From: Fimbriosthenelais zetlandica
Lineage: Eukaryota
Assembly: GCA_977030845.1 (NCBI GenBank)
Contig: OZ365112.1
Span: 6,510,001 to 6,574,000, forward strand
DNA: 64,000 nucleotides
Direction of reading: 5' to 3'
The position numbers and the translations under genes are program-made. Shown here piece by piece: positions 11,463 to 24,872 of this stretch; the stretch's first letter is position 1, and every line of letters starts with the position of its first letter. The notes beneath the pieces were generated by a model that was not told where the DNA came from, did no database searches, and saw only the letters and a program-made list of their open reading frames with translations.

Positions 11463-14346
11463 GCCCGGAGATATACTAGGTGCTCAAAGTGGCAGCATAT
11501 CGTACCACACATCACCTGCATGCCACTGCCAGAGCCATTGGAAGCTCTCTGTCCATTTCCCACTTCCACACTCCTGCTCCCAGCACTTACATTTAGCCAT
11601 AAACTGACTAACATTAGCCGATGGACAGCAGAGCGTCTGATCTATAGTTGCATTAACTGTAGGTTGTAAGAAGTGAATACAAAGGATGGAATCTGGACCC
11701 AGGGTGTAAAGATGCCATCTTGAATCATACATACAGTTTTTGCTGCATATATAGTAAAGTCTAGTTCAACAGTGTAGATTCTTGCTCTCGTGATGGGGCC
11801 GGACCTTGGCCAGCAGAATGCCGAGCGCCCTGGCATGTAAATAGATATCGCTGGCCTATGGATTGATGATGGCTTCTACGAGAGGAGATTGATCTCACCG
11901 AGGCCGGAGTTAGATGGGGCTGCCTGCTGGCTGGCCGGCCAGGACAGTATGGGGGTCAGATGAGGGGGTATCAGAGGAACGGGGAGGGGGCCGGACAAGG
12001 CAGGAGATAGGGGTGGCAGGTGTAGAGATATGGGCATGAAAAGGTATAAGTAGATCCATATTGTACTATAAGTGCACAATGCATTTGCGTTGATACGTAT
12101 AGAACATCATATGGAAATAATATAATGGTTTTGAATGGTGAAATGGGCCCATGTAATATTTCAGGGTGGCCTTCAGGGTAGGATATTTCTGATGCAGTCC
12201 AAATGTCACATAGTATCATAAGAAAAGTGATCTCAAACACTTAAAATACTGATACATTTAGTTGTGAGATCCAATAGCCAAATGTAGTTGTCATGGATAA
12301 GAAAATGTGGCAATACACAAGCCACACTTTGTGTACACCAGGTGCATGAGTAGAACTTCACTAGAAAGGAAAACACCTCATATTCATACAGGACCGCGAA
12401 GGAATGTCAAGAAACTGTCCCTCAAGTCCATTGGGAATCTTCCGTTTTAAAAACAGGAGTGCCACCAATCCTCAGTAGCAACATCAGCACCTGGGATCAC
12501 CAGTTGGTTGTTTTTTGGTACAAGGACAAACGAGCTGCGGACTGTCCCCTCCCAGTATTGCAAATGGCCCTGGTGTCAGAGGGCAATGGAGGACCAGACA
12601 AATAGGGCCACAATGAGACACGACCATCGGTGTGTGATCACTCATGGGGTGTCATTTCAGACGGGATGGGAGTATTGCATTTGGGACCCTCACAAAACTG
12701 GACCCAAGTATGAAGGTCATATGGGAGAGCGTGATGGATATTCGAGATGATCCCGAGATAAAATTTCAAAGAAAGCTTTCCAAAATAGCATGGTTGAACA
12801 AGATGTATTCAGAGGTTCAATATTGTAATCATATAGCAATCTGGCATGTCAGCTTGAAGACCAAAAGAAATCCAACTTGGATTTATACAAAACCATGTCC
12901 AAAACAAATTTTAAAACAAAAATGTTCTTGACCCGTTGAATATCAGTGCTTGATCATGGGTGAAAAGACTGTGAGTACTCACTCACTCGCAGAACAATTG
13001 TCAAATCCTGATAGCAAGAATCGCTTTTACATCAGAATAGCCTAGATCAGAAGTTCAGAAAGGCCAGCGACAATATAGCCCATCTCCACTCCATCTCACA
13101 CACCAAGTCCAACAAGGATAAGTGATCTTTTCAAGAAAGTGGCAAATACAATAGGAATGAGAGATTGGTGGAGGGATGGGAAAAAGTGTTTTCAAAAAGT
13201 ATTACAGGCAAGCCTGTGGGTGGTAGTGGTGGGGAGGAGGGACGGGGCACGGGATGAGCTGAATATGGGAGAGTGGGTAAAGAAACTTATGGAGGCTGGA
13301 TCAGCTGGGTGGATGAATACAGGGGATGGGTTAGTGGGAGGGTCCTGCAGTTTGAATAGACCTCGTATCTACCAGGGGGTGGTGGATTCCCCTGGGTGGG
13401 CCTCAATGGGCTTATCACTAGGCCTGCCCGATTCACACCGACCAACATTACACATCGATCCCGCATATGACTGAGGTTTGGAATCACTTCTCCCCTCGGG
13501 CCATTGCCTTTACACGGCTCAAGCCCCCAATCGGCGGATACCTAAATCAAGTCCACAAGTCGTAATACTTGCAGGGCCTCCCTGCCATTGAACCCCAAGC
13601 AAGTGTCAAATGGCGCATTCGTCAACACCCCAACAACCATTGTACCAAGTGCTATACTGCAACATTCACTTCATTAAAAGTATATGCATTGCAGTCTGAA
13701 GCAAAAATCACCTATACGTCAATTTGACATTGTTCATTTTCAGAGTGATATTTTCAGATCAAACACCAAATAGAGACAGGATGATTGTATTTTTCATGGC
13801 CTTTATGGGCGGACGAACACAACCCAGGACTGAAAGCCGAGGCTGGTGATTGCTTGTCCAGCTATGCATATTAAAGGTCAGTGACAGTGGAGTGACCTCT
13901 GGACGGGAACAAGCAGAGATGACCGTCAATGTCTGAAGGCAATTGTATGCAAACAGAGGCGAGGCATCATCAAGCCATAACGTCACGCTGAATCCGGGAT
14001 CTGTGACGAGCTGGATGGACGCTGGTATACAACAGTTGAATAGGGCATAACCTGGTTGTAGAACACCAATCAAAACCCACCTCACAGCTGACACACTGAT
14101 TGTACGGTCAACCTCATCACGGTCCTGATACCCAGTGGATTTACTGTACAGTAGTGGTATAAAACAGGCTAAATACAAGTAACCACCACAATGGGTGATA
14201 AATCTAACATCCCAGTAACTACCAGTAGTATAAACACTTGCAAATGCATCTCATCTAACAAAATGGGTCATATGTTAAAACTAATTGCATTGCAGACAAC
14301 TAATTGTAATGAGGACAAAAATGCAATGCATCTCCCCTGACCTGCG

Positions 14347-14440
14347 TGACAGCGGTTATGGCATGTCAGTGACACTGTCATGACAGTGATGACATGATGT
14401 TGTGACGGTGTTATGTCGGCTGTCTGTCAGTGGAGTGACG
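14347..14440. promoter_or_regulatory. Dense TGACA/TGTCA motif cluster containing a perfect 16-bp palindrome
   Basis: TGACA/TGTCA at 14347, 14364, 14370, 14376, 14381, 14390 and 14425, plus TGACG at 14403 and 14436. Palindrome CACTGTCATGACAGTG at 14373-14388. TGACAG is the established TALE (Meis/TGIF/Prep) core motif. Confidence 0.4.
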
Positions 14441-16630
14441 GGTGAGAGGTTGCCAGGTGGGAACCCTTGTCCCTCAACCAACAATCCTACTTCAATCCCA
14501 GGGGAAGAACTCCTCTCAGGTGGTGCATGTTTCTGGGTCATTTTGCAGCCACATATTTTATCCAAATCTTTTCTCAATTGCTTATAGGCCTATATTGAAT
14601 CCTCATGAAATAAGGTTAACTATTCTTGGCAAGGTTAACTATATTTTTGGAAAGATTGTAGACAAAAAACATCAATATTTCTAAGCACATCCATCAAGAA
14701 GTACTTCCCGGTGCATCATCTAGGACTGGTTTCCAAGAAGTGGAACAGTTTTCAAAGACAACATGGCGGATGGCAATATAGTAGTACTCCCTGTGAGATT
14801 TCAATTGCTGGTCCCATCCCTACCCCATCACCGACTTGATCCCAAAAGGAAAACACACCTGGCAAGAGTTACCTGTGCTTGGCCCAGTTTACAATCACAT
14901 GGCCTAGTAAGAAAAGTCTATAGGGTATATACGTCTCTTTTTTATCAATATTTCTATGAGGGGAAGATATGAGCAAGGGAGACAAAGATGGCGAGAGAAA
15001 GAAGTGAACAGTATACAATTTAGTGACAGAGATGGACTGAAACGTATTAACAACATAGGAAAATATGACCCCACTTTGTATAAATATGCATCGGACATGA
15101 CATTTTGTGTTCCCAGCCAATTGCATTTGAACCGCTGTTATTATATCTATATATATATCATTCCCATATCGATTACTGCTTATTGATAGAGGCCCATCTA
15201 ATAAGCCAAAGGAAAATAGGGTCGATAGCTACTCGATAAAACCCTCTTCTATTGTGAATCGATCCCTGAACAGATGCCCTCTCATTCATAATTCAGTTTG
15301 TATATAGTCTCCATACTTCAACCTCTCTGTTCTTTCCCAACATGGGCGGTGTCCTATAAACGTGGAATCCACAAGGCAAATCATTTATTGCCATCACTTG
15401 GCAACATAATTCTTTTGTTGAATACTTCGGCAATTTACATAATTTTTGAGAAAAAAAATATTATATTATATTAACCCCCTATTCTATGGTGGCCATGTAT
15501 AATAATATTGAAGGGAATTTTGACATCCAAATGATATAATTTAGCTATTACGTCAACTGAATTCATAATCATAATCAAAATTCATAATTTTTTATGGTTT
15601 TTAAAGAAAACCAATGCTAAATATCTTTGCTCAAACTGAAACAATATCTATAATAGATAGGCTACTCCAAGCATGTGGCTTAGTTGGAGTTGGCGAGGTG
15701 GAGGTGGCAATGCCCGCAGAAAATCTAGGTGCCATCAATTATTTCCAACTGGGTATGAATGTGAGAACATTCCAGAGGAGCTCTTTAGTTTGGTGGTTCA
15801 CTGTATAGCAAATCATGATTGGCTCAATTTATCCAGAGACCTTTTCTTGGGTGGATTCTAAGAATATGTAGAGGTATTTTTAAAATGTGATAATGGTTTT
15901 CATATCTGAGTTATGGATGCAAGTACAGTAGGTTTGGATTATGTATACATCATTCACGAAGTCTACCTAACGTTATGTTTATAGTTGGATTTAAGAAAGA
16001 AGTATGAAGGTGGTTAGACATAAGTTTGCGGAAATGATTTTAATCCCGAATGAAGATCTATGTTCCTTGCTGAAATAGAAGCTCTAGCTTCTTGAAGGGC
16101 AGCAAGGGTTCTTATGATTCTTCTGAGAGACATGACTGGCCTTTGAAAACACCATTGCATGGGAGAATCGGCATGGGGGGAATCTTCATGGGATAACGCA
16201 TTTGAGAACAGCCCTTAGTGCCCGAGTCACTTCAACAACAAAAATGAGAATGAGAATAAATGACAAAAGCATTATACAATGTGGCATTCACTCCAATTTG
16301 TGTATGGCTGTCGTTTTGCAAATTTTAAACATTCTTTGTTTTTGAATGTTGGATATGATCTCTAGAGGGAGCTTTGATGAGAAAAGCCATCTCGTCAGGA
16401 TGGTGAGATGAGTAGGTTTACGGGTACATGGCGTGATGGGTGACATACATCTGACGGTATGAGGTGTAACATGGCGGCATCACGTGCCTTCACTCACCAT
16501 CTTCTCATCATCTCTATATTAAATTTCAAGCCATTAGTTAAGTGCATATTAAATTACTTAATCATTTCTTTATAAAATGGCCTCTAAGGTTTGGGTTTAC
16601 ACTATGATCACGTTCGCTACGTTTGTCGGA

Positions 16631-16742
16631 AAGGGGATGAACCTGAAAGAACCTGAAGGAGAACGGGAAGGGGCCCGGACGACCAAGGTTTATCACGTTC
16701 CCTGTTCCGGTCCCCTCAGGTTCTCTCAAGTTTATCCCGTTT
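16631..16742. repeat. Imperfect ~110-bp inverted repeat (decayed MITE or hairpin)
   Basis: Left arm aaggggatgaacctgaaagaacctgaaggagaacggga-agggg aligns, with scattered mismatches, to the reverse complement of the right arm (aaacgggataaacttgagagaacctgaggggaccggaacaggga). Loop of about 20 nt. Confidence 0.7.
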
Positions 16743-19700
16743 TGATCCAGTTTCAGAATATTCAAGATGAACATAGTGTAAGTTTACCTACCATAAAGGG
16801 CGAGATGATTATAGTTATCTGGCTTCTATAATAGCATGTTCTGCTTAGTATATTTATTCTCAAGTCTGTTAGATTCATATGTATACGTTAATCATGTTTA
16901 CAAAGACCATGTTATGGGCCAGCAAAGCTCAAGAGAAAGAACAGAACATTCTCTGATTTTAAGTCCATTCTATAGCATGCCCGAAAAGGTCACGAAAGAA
17001 AAATGTCAGACTCCCAATAATCCCTACTCCCTAATGTGTTACAGATAAGTCCCTTTCCCTCTCAAGATTTGAGCCCCTCCAATCCCATTTTTTCATGGAT
17101 CTTATTTCATTTTTTCCCTCTTCATTGTGGGAAGATTTTTTCTTTACTTCCACAAATCGTCATCGACTTGGGTGCCATTAAGGGATTTATTCAACATCAC
17201 TTGTTTTGCTGTCTCCATATTGCTCATTCCTCCTCTGGGCCCTACCCTGGTGAACGAGACCCATTGGGATTCAGAAATCATTGTCACTCAGGCCTCAGAA
17301 TCTTTTTTTTGTTAAGAAGTGTCAAGCTTTGTGGGTTGGGACAAAACCAAAGGCTCTGGCTACATGCAGTAATCCCAAAGACGTAGCTGAATTATAAAAG
17401 GCGTTTCTCATTTCATAAAAGCATCAACCTTTCTCCTTGCATGCATCTCTATATCTCATTCATTCTTTCCTTCAATATTGAAAGATGTCGCAGTCTTGCG
17501 GTCCCAAGTCCAGCCAACATGACGACCACCTCCGGTTAGATTTGTGTCAAGCAATTGTCAGACAGCACTCAAAGTGAATGGCAACACCTCGGCAAAGAGT
17601 GTAAAAGCCGAGGCGCGAGGCTGCAGAGGCTAACATAACAGGGCCCGATGTGTGACAATCTGGCAGAGAAAAGCGCGCACACATCCTCGGCTGATAAAAT
17701 TGCTGACCCTCGGAGCTCATGCTGGATGTGGCGCAGCGTGGCTCTTCAAGGAGAGATGGGCAGCGAAATAGGTTTATTGGTATTGATGGCTGTTATGAGA
17801 TTACAGTCAGTCAGGGGTTGGTAGCCTTAAGGGCAGGCTGGAGAAGACATTGGTCAATACATGCAGACCAGCAGTCCGTCTACAGGGTGGATAATGAATA
17901 TAGCCAGTTATTTTTACTGTAAGAAATCTGAGAAGTCCAGTGTCAAAGACCAAGTGAGCTAATTCCGCTGTTCTTGGAATTTATCTTCCAAAATGCCATA
18001 AAAACAGGGCAAAAAATGCCAGAAAAATGATGATGCTGTTAGAATGTTGATCCAACAGATGGGACTTTATATATATACAATGTATAAACTATTATATATT
18101 ACGGCAGTTTTACATCACCTCATAGCTTAGTATCATGACATATGCAGATGTATGGTATCATCTACTATGGAATCCAGTTAGTCGAAAGGGCATTAGCCTA
18201 CCTCTCGGAAAATATCCCCTGATCTTTTAGCAATGGTGTATTGGGACTGCCAGGAGGATAGCCCTGCTGCAGCCCTACTCCCCCTCCCCCCACCATGGGC
18301 CATTTGTGGGCAACTAACTGTTGAGTTTATTGGCTTTTACAACAGTTATCATGGATTTATTTGTCCGTAACTCCGACAACCGATGATTAAATAACCACCC
18401 TTCCCAGTTATAGGTCAACTTGTCCGGGAGAATGTTCAGCATTGGAATTAGACGCTTTAGAAATCTACAATGTATATGGCTGCATTTTATGGTGTGTAGG
18501 AGGGCTGACTGGAAGGAAAATCTCCACATATGTGTAATAAAATTACCAGGCATTACTTTCCAGAAAGGTGGATTTCTCAGATTACAATGCTGTGAGAGGA
18601 ACAATCACTCTAGACAAGCTATAGGGCAAATTCCTTCACAAATGTGGAATGGTTTCCAAGGTTACAAGACCTCCCCAGGCTTGTAAGAGCAATGAACTCT
18701 TCAATTGGCAGCCAAGGAACAAGAGCAAGGACAGATGCTTTCCAGGCAGTGAGGGATTAATTGTTTTGCCCTTGGAACGACAGCGTTCTACGGTATAGCA
18801 TGACGTAGCATATGAGGGCAGAATTCAATACAATGACACAAACAACCCACAAGAGTGACACCAATTCTTGAGCAATTGATTCCAACGACAGACCATTAAC
18901 CTAACTCGAGACACAGCTAGTGAACTAGGTGATATAGAAGTGTTCTATTCAAGGTGTTAGCTCTGCGTTATTTTGAAAAGCATCTGTCACCAATTGTTAT
19001 CTAAAAGAAGACGGGAGCAGTGCATTAGAGATCTTTCTCTGGGTAAAGCTATTCCATAATGCAGAACTAAAAGCTAAAAGCGTGGAAGAAGAGCATTAAA
19101 AAGATGCTATTACTTGGACATAGTAGCATATATAGATATGCATCTAATTTATTATGAGGTTTGAGGCTGTACTTCTTACATTAGAAATGGCCTGAAATGA
19201 CAGAAAAATCCCCCTCTGGAGCCATCAACAATATCTCTGTATGCATGGGACCTCCATTAATTGCTGGAAAGCGCCTATGTATGTCTTATCTACATAGCTT
19301 AGCATATTTTTCAGCTTCGGTTTGGTCATTGTAAACGACAAAGACATCCAGCCAGCATCTATATATGTATTGATCCCAACATGAAGTAAATGTAACATAT
19401 TTTCATATTAAACCATAGAAACAATATATTCTAATAAACCCATAGAACCCGGTATAATTACACGAATCCGTTAGCATGTTGTATAGATAAAGTCTCTATA
19501 GGAAGAACTTAATGCAAACATAATAAAATTAAGATTTCAGGTCCACTTCCTGTTTCCTCAGTAGAAGACCTGATATTGTAATAATGCAGGCAAACAGGCA
19601 TGATATAGAAGTCATTGTTTCCCAGCCCCAATTCCCTCCGTTGTTGTTATTGATCCAACAAGAGACAAATAATTGCTGCTAGGGTAGGTTTGTTTATATT

Positions 19701-20730
19701 CTATATGGGAGCACATCTCAACCTTGTTTTCCTCCCCATATGCCCGTCGTTAGCACACCCTAACTCACTTGCCCAATGTTATGACCCAGAATCAAATAAC
19801 ACGGCAGCGTCCCATTCTCCTTTCAAAGATTCAGCAGAATGGAATAAAGTACATCAGAATAACAGTTAGAATATCAAACACATTAGATAATACCAATATC
19901 AAACGCGGTCAACTAGAACTATGGGAGGAGAAATCTCGTTATATAATCTGCGGGTTTATCTTTTTATGGCAATAGTTTAGTTTTATATGACATGAAATGG
20001 TCTTGAAGTAGATAGTAAGAGACAGGGTAAGAGGAAGTAAATGTGCTGTAAATGCCGATTCAGGAGGAAACTGAATCAAGTGACCAGCGAATTTCACCTC
20101 CATCCAGTCAGTGGGGGTAATAACAATAACCAGGCCCACCAGCTGTGATAAATGAATTCAAGCTGCGTGGCTAGCGAGGCACTATATGCATATTTCAATG
20201 CTTGTGTAGGTGTTCATATTCTGCCAATGAGCTGCTCCACGAGCAACTACTCAACAACACAGGGCCCGGGCCGCTCTGACTGGTTTTCAATAAGAGGAGA
20301 GGAGGAGGTCTGAGCTTTGGTCCTTTACGTACCAGCTCAGGATAAACTGGTCAGATTGACTGCTTTAGGTATGACCACTATTGACCAGCCAACCCCTGAC
20401 TCTCCCATCATTAATGGTCACCCAAGTGTTGTCAAAGGCATGACCATTGCTGCCCATTCTTGTTTCCCTGACAGATCACAATATCTGCCTTCCTGTCGGC
20501 TCTAATCTCTCATCGCAGGCAATTTGGACAGCTTGTCGATGAATTGGCTTTGCGCAAACAAGTTGCAGGCTTTCTTAGCACTCACTCCAGTGCTTGGAGA
20601 GCGGCTGAAATGTGCTGGTTGGCACACGGTCTATGACCCCCTAGCTCATCTGCCCAGCCCCCTTCCTGCCCCCCTTTACACATCAGCAATAGCCACTTCT
20701 CCCTCCAAAAGCCAGGTTGCTTCCCCTCAC

Positions 20731-20921
20731 TTGATCATATTTCCCCAAAGCATAGATGTCAGGGAATTGACTTCTCCTTCGTTTGCTGCAGCTTCTTCCC
20801 CCAAGTCCTTCAAGCAAGCAATAGATTGAAGATTGTCTCCTGGCAGAAAAGGGTACTTTACATTGATGGTTGTCACACTGTCATTGAGTGCGGCTTCATA
20901 AAGCAACTGGCAAGAAATATC
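20731..20921 (-). CDS. Candidate internal exon (191 nt, phase 0 to 2), product unknown
   Basis: Strong acceptor ttttctcttttatag|G at 20922/20921. Open frame DISCQLLYEAALNDSVTTINVKYPFLPGDNLQSIACLKDLGEEAAANEGEVNSLTSMLWGNMI(K). Donor AA|GTGAGG at 20730. No recognisable domain, and the phase does not directly match the 24806 donor. Confidence 0.2.
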
Positions 20922-23900
20922 CTATAAAAGAGAAAACTGGCTTAGCTGAGGAATGGTGGATGCCCGCCTAATAATATGGTCGATGTGAGGAGGAGGAAGA
21001 GGAAGAGGCATTAGTCTAAGACCCGTCTGCACACATTCATCGTTTGTCTCAAAGGTATTATAATTCTCCAGCCAATATGGAGGCAAAGAAAACATGGAAA
21101 ACGCACTTAACTCAAGTTGAAGCCACAAAGGGGCATTTCCATGTACTACTACCACAGCGAGACCTAGCCTTAAAATAAACACAGACCAGAAAACAATTGC
21201 GTATAAAAAATCCCGAGTGATTAATTGCAAGATACGGGGGGAAGGTTTAAAAATTCATAGAGTGAGTAATCAGTCAAGCACATTGTCTAGTCTGTGGAAG
21301 TATTGGTATCTGACAATTGCATGCTCGTTACGATGGTCTGTGGACATTATTAATCTATCATAAACATGTGGCCTCTTAATTATGTGAGTACAGGATGTGG
21401 ATGGGAAAGAGAACCACAGCCACCACCCACATCGACCTACCACCACTAACCTCCACCACCACTACCACAATAGGCCTGGCTGCTGAGAGAGAGCGATGGA
21501 CAGAGATGTCAAGAGACGCAAAGAGAGAGCACCAAACAATTCCCGATAGCAGAAGGTGCTTCCCACAAAAACTACCTTAATTAACAAACAAATTAAATTG
21601 TCCATTTTTATTTTAACCTAGCCGATGGCACGCGTGGCACCAATTTCAATAAGGATTCGAGTTAATTCCTCTCTCAGGGGCCATTTGTTAGGTTTACTTG
21701 GTGGCTGGCCGCTGCTAAAACGCATGACAAACATCTGTTGTGGGCGCTTTTTTCCAATATATCGCGGCCCCTCAGAGGCTAGTTTCGTGGCCTTTTTCGC
21801 TTGGGGAAATCACCAAACGAGCAATGTTACATGAGTTTTGTTCAGCTCCTTTTTCCGTCACATTACATATTTGACTGCATGTCATAATTCAAAGCATTCA
21901 TTGTTGTTTTTGATCCAAAAATGGCAAGATAATGGACACGGAAAGAGCTAACCTTTTTCCTTTGGGCAATGTAACCGTTTCGTATCAAGTTCATGATATT
22001 ATCTCCATATAATTCAAGAAATAAAATACGGTATTGAAAATTCAACTAAAATGAGTCTATCCCTTCGTTTATTGAAAGCTCTGACAAAAATATTTTATCC
22101 CTAGTGAATATACTATGTATACATACAGTGACTGGAACTCTACACTGAGCTGGGGCAACAGCCCACTACGGTTGCAGTTCCCATGTATAAGAAGGCTATA
22201 TTTGCCATGCGTCCCCTCCATGCCTCTCAACTGTATTCATTGTATTTGCTGTCGTGGCGAAATGCTGACACTTCATCACGAGCGATAGGAGCCACATGGA
22301 AATGTACGCTAAATCCAATATCAAGAGACAATAGCTCCCTCCAAGCCAACCACATATAACAGCAGCCGGTCATTTGGCTACACTGTAACTAAGTGAGGCT
22401 GTTATTTAGTCTTTGGCCAGGCCTTATTCAGGCCAGTGTGATTGTCCGTCAAGGCTTGGTCATTCAATTTTCTCATGTATTATCTGGTATTATCACACAG
22501 AAATATTATTCCCCGCACGAGGGGGTGGGTGCGGATGGTATTCCAGAGAATCTCATTTTAGTTATGAGTTATGAATAACTGCCATGTTGCTAAATAAAGT
22601 ACCTGGATGAAATTATTATTGATCTGTTGCTAAATAAAATGATAAACTGGTTTTAGATGCTATTGGGATGATTTTCTGAAATTCTGATAAGTAAACAACA
22701 GAGATGGCACTGTGAAACGTAACAGGTAAAATCTCCATCATTTTTTCTTCACATTCTTTAGGACATTTCCCTAAAACATATCACATTCAAGGAAGAGAAA
22801 GATGATCCTTCAACAAGAACATCATTGATAAACCTCGAGGAGTTCTCAGAGAGTTGACTGAGGATAGAATATCCATCTGTGATGTAATCTAACACTGAAT
22901 CCATGCTCGTCAGTATCCACAACCATATATACACCAATGCTTTTCAAACAGTAATCCCTAAAAAATCGTCTGGTATTCGTTGAAAATGATCGAGACTCCG
23001 GCATAGGTATTCTTCGCAAGAACGGAGTGTGTATATACTTAGGTTGACCCTTGGTACTCAAGAACAACGCCTTAAGCTGCAGTGTTTACACTTACTTGGT
23101 AATGGACATGGAGGGGACCAGACTTAAGGAAGGCTGTTTATAGATGTAACTTACATTAAACTTTAATAACAGGTCCTCTTACACTGCACATGCATGCACC
23201 CTAGTTAGCCTAGCCAAGGCCTCAGATACAAAGTCTGTCATTTCTCCCTGGACATCCTATCTAGGTATCTTGTCCTTCAATCCTCCTTGTCGAATGTCCA
23301 GGAATCTTATTGCAATCTTTAAAATGGCATTTAGTAAAATTATGAACTGAGATATATGTTTTTTAGCTCAGGTTTTAAGATTGATAAGAAGGAATACCTT
23401 CCGGTTCCGTTGAGCTGCATGCGGATCATATCATGGAATAGAATTTCAACTGAACTTTTCCCCGACTCCCAAGTATCGATTCCAAAAACAAATAGGCAAA
23501 TACCTGGCACTGATGTTCTCATAAATAGAGATTTACATGAACTCCAACATGACATCAAACAAAAATCCCGAGCAATCAATTGGCATTTAGCCACTAGTTG
23601 TCCGACACGAAATATTGCAATTGCTGAATAATTCAAAGTACGGGGTCTTCCGATGTCAAAGGGCAGCAGTGAATAGAGTGCAGCTATTTATTGCCTGATC
23701 GCTCATTCCATTAATCATCGATTTTTAGAGTTTTTACCCAAATTGATCCGGTCATACTACCTTCCCATCAGTATGTCAACTACATCAAAGAAACTATCAT
23801 TTGAGCGTCAATTGTCTTTGTGATGTATTTTTGTGATGGACAATCCCACAAATCAATGTATGTAATCTGCTATCAGAGACAATGTTGATTACACCCTTGG

Positions 23901-24614
23901 GAATTTATATATTTGTGAAAATATGAATACATCTAGGTAATAGGTTATGGGTATTTATGACTGATGTTCCTTTTTCATGTGGATTAATGTTCTTAATAGA
24001 TTCCTCAGCATAGCTTATTGCATGTGTGTAACCAAGGTAATGCCAACATGCTAGTGGTTTTGGGGGGTTATCTATTAGCTATGGAGGTAAGGATGAGGGT
24101 CAATCATCATCATAAGCATGCAGAGAAATAAATGTCTTTGTACCACACACGTAGCTACTCAGGATAGAGTAACTTCATATTAAATGGATTAAACATTGTA
24201 ATATCCCTTACATATTTACTGGGGTATTTTCCAGCCTATTCGTCATGGTTATTGTCAGGATAATCACAGAAAAAAACATTTTTCTGTGTCTATGGCTGTG
24301 CTATCTTTGGAAGGGAACACGCTATGAGGCATAATTCAGCACGGTTATTTTGACTGATATGCTGGGGGCGTATCATATGCATGTTATTGATCAGCTTCTT
24401 CATTATATGTTATTGGCAGGTTTCTTAACCAGCTGATAATGTGCCCGCATCATGTTTACTCGCAGAATACCTTAATCTATATCTCCAACATATTGTTGGC
24501 TCTTGATTAAAATCACTAGCCAGGATTCCCTACTAAATATAGAATGGAATATGCCCCAGAGGTGGATGAGAAAAAAGGTTCATCTCGACCTCCATTCAAA
24601 CTAATTATAATATG

Positions 24615-24731
24615 CTTTCTCCAGTTGATCAATTGGTTTGCAAGAACTGACATTCCTGCGATTGGATGCCCACTTTCTCCAGCAATTATTTGGACTCTGG
24701 AAGAAATAACATTCCTGCGATTGGGTCCCAA
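24615..24731. repeat. Old ~59-bp tandem duplication in the first intron of the minus-strand gene
   Basis: CTTTCTCCAG at 24615 and 24673; ACATTCCTGCGATTGG at 24650 and 24709. Confidence 0.85.
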
Positions 24732-24805
24732 GGGAACACTGAGAATAGCCAAATGTTTGGATATCCTGTAAAAGTGTAAATGAGTGAAAATAGAGTTAAA
24801 CGTAC

Positions 24806-24872
24806 CTGAGATAGATGTGAAGAGCACCATGAATGTCATCATTAAGTGTGGTAAAAAGTCTCGCTGTGCCAT
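24806..24872 (-). CDS. First coding exon of a probable secreted or membrane protein (signal peptide MAQRDFLPHLMMTFMVLFTSIS-G, phase-1 intron)
   Basis: Kozak-like context GTCACC-ATG-G. Charged N-region followed by hydrophobic LMMTFMVLF and small residues SISG. Donor TCAG|GTACGT at 24805 followed by T-rich intron-like sequence. TATA box about 620 nt upstream. Confidence 0.6.

Noticed and set aside
12620-12700. HSWGVISDGMGVLHL, reminiscent of the Tc1 transposase 'VWG.IS..G.G.L' motif
   Set aside because: No flanking DD34E motifs or TIRs found, and stops lie on both sides.
13759-14178. 139-aa minus-strand ORF with VTDPGFSVTLW (Ig/PDGFR-like)
   Set aside because: Lacks the conserved Ig Cys/Trp spacing, and there is no phase-compatible acceptor for the upstream exon.
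24740-24765. GYPNIW after the 40-nt intron, resembling Wnt3 GYPIWW
   Set aside because: The frame stops after 26 codons and no Cys-rich Wnt exons are found in the window.
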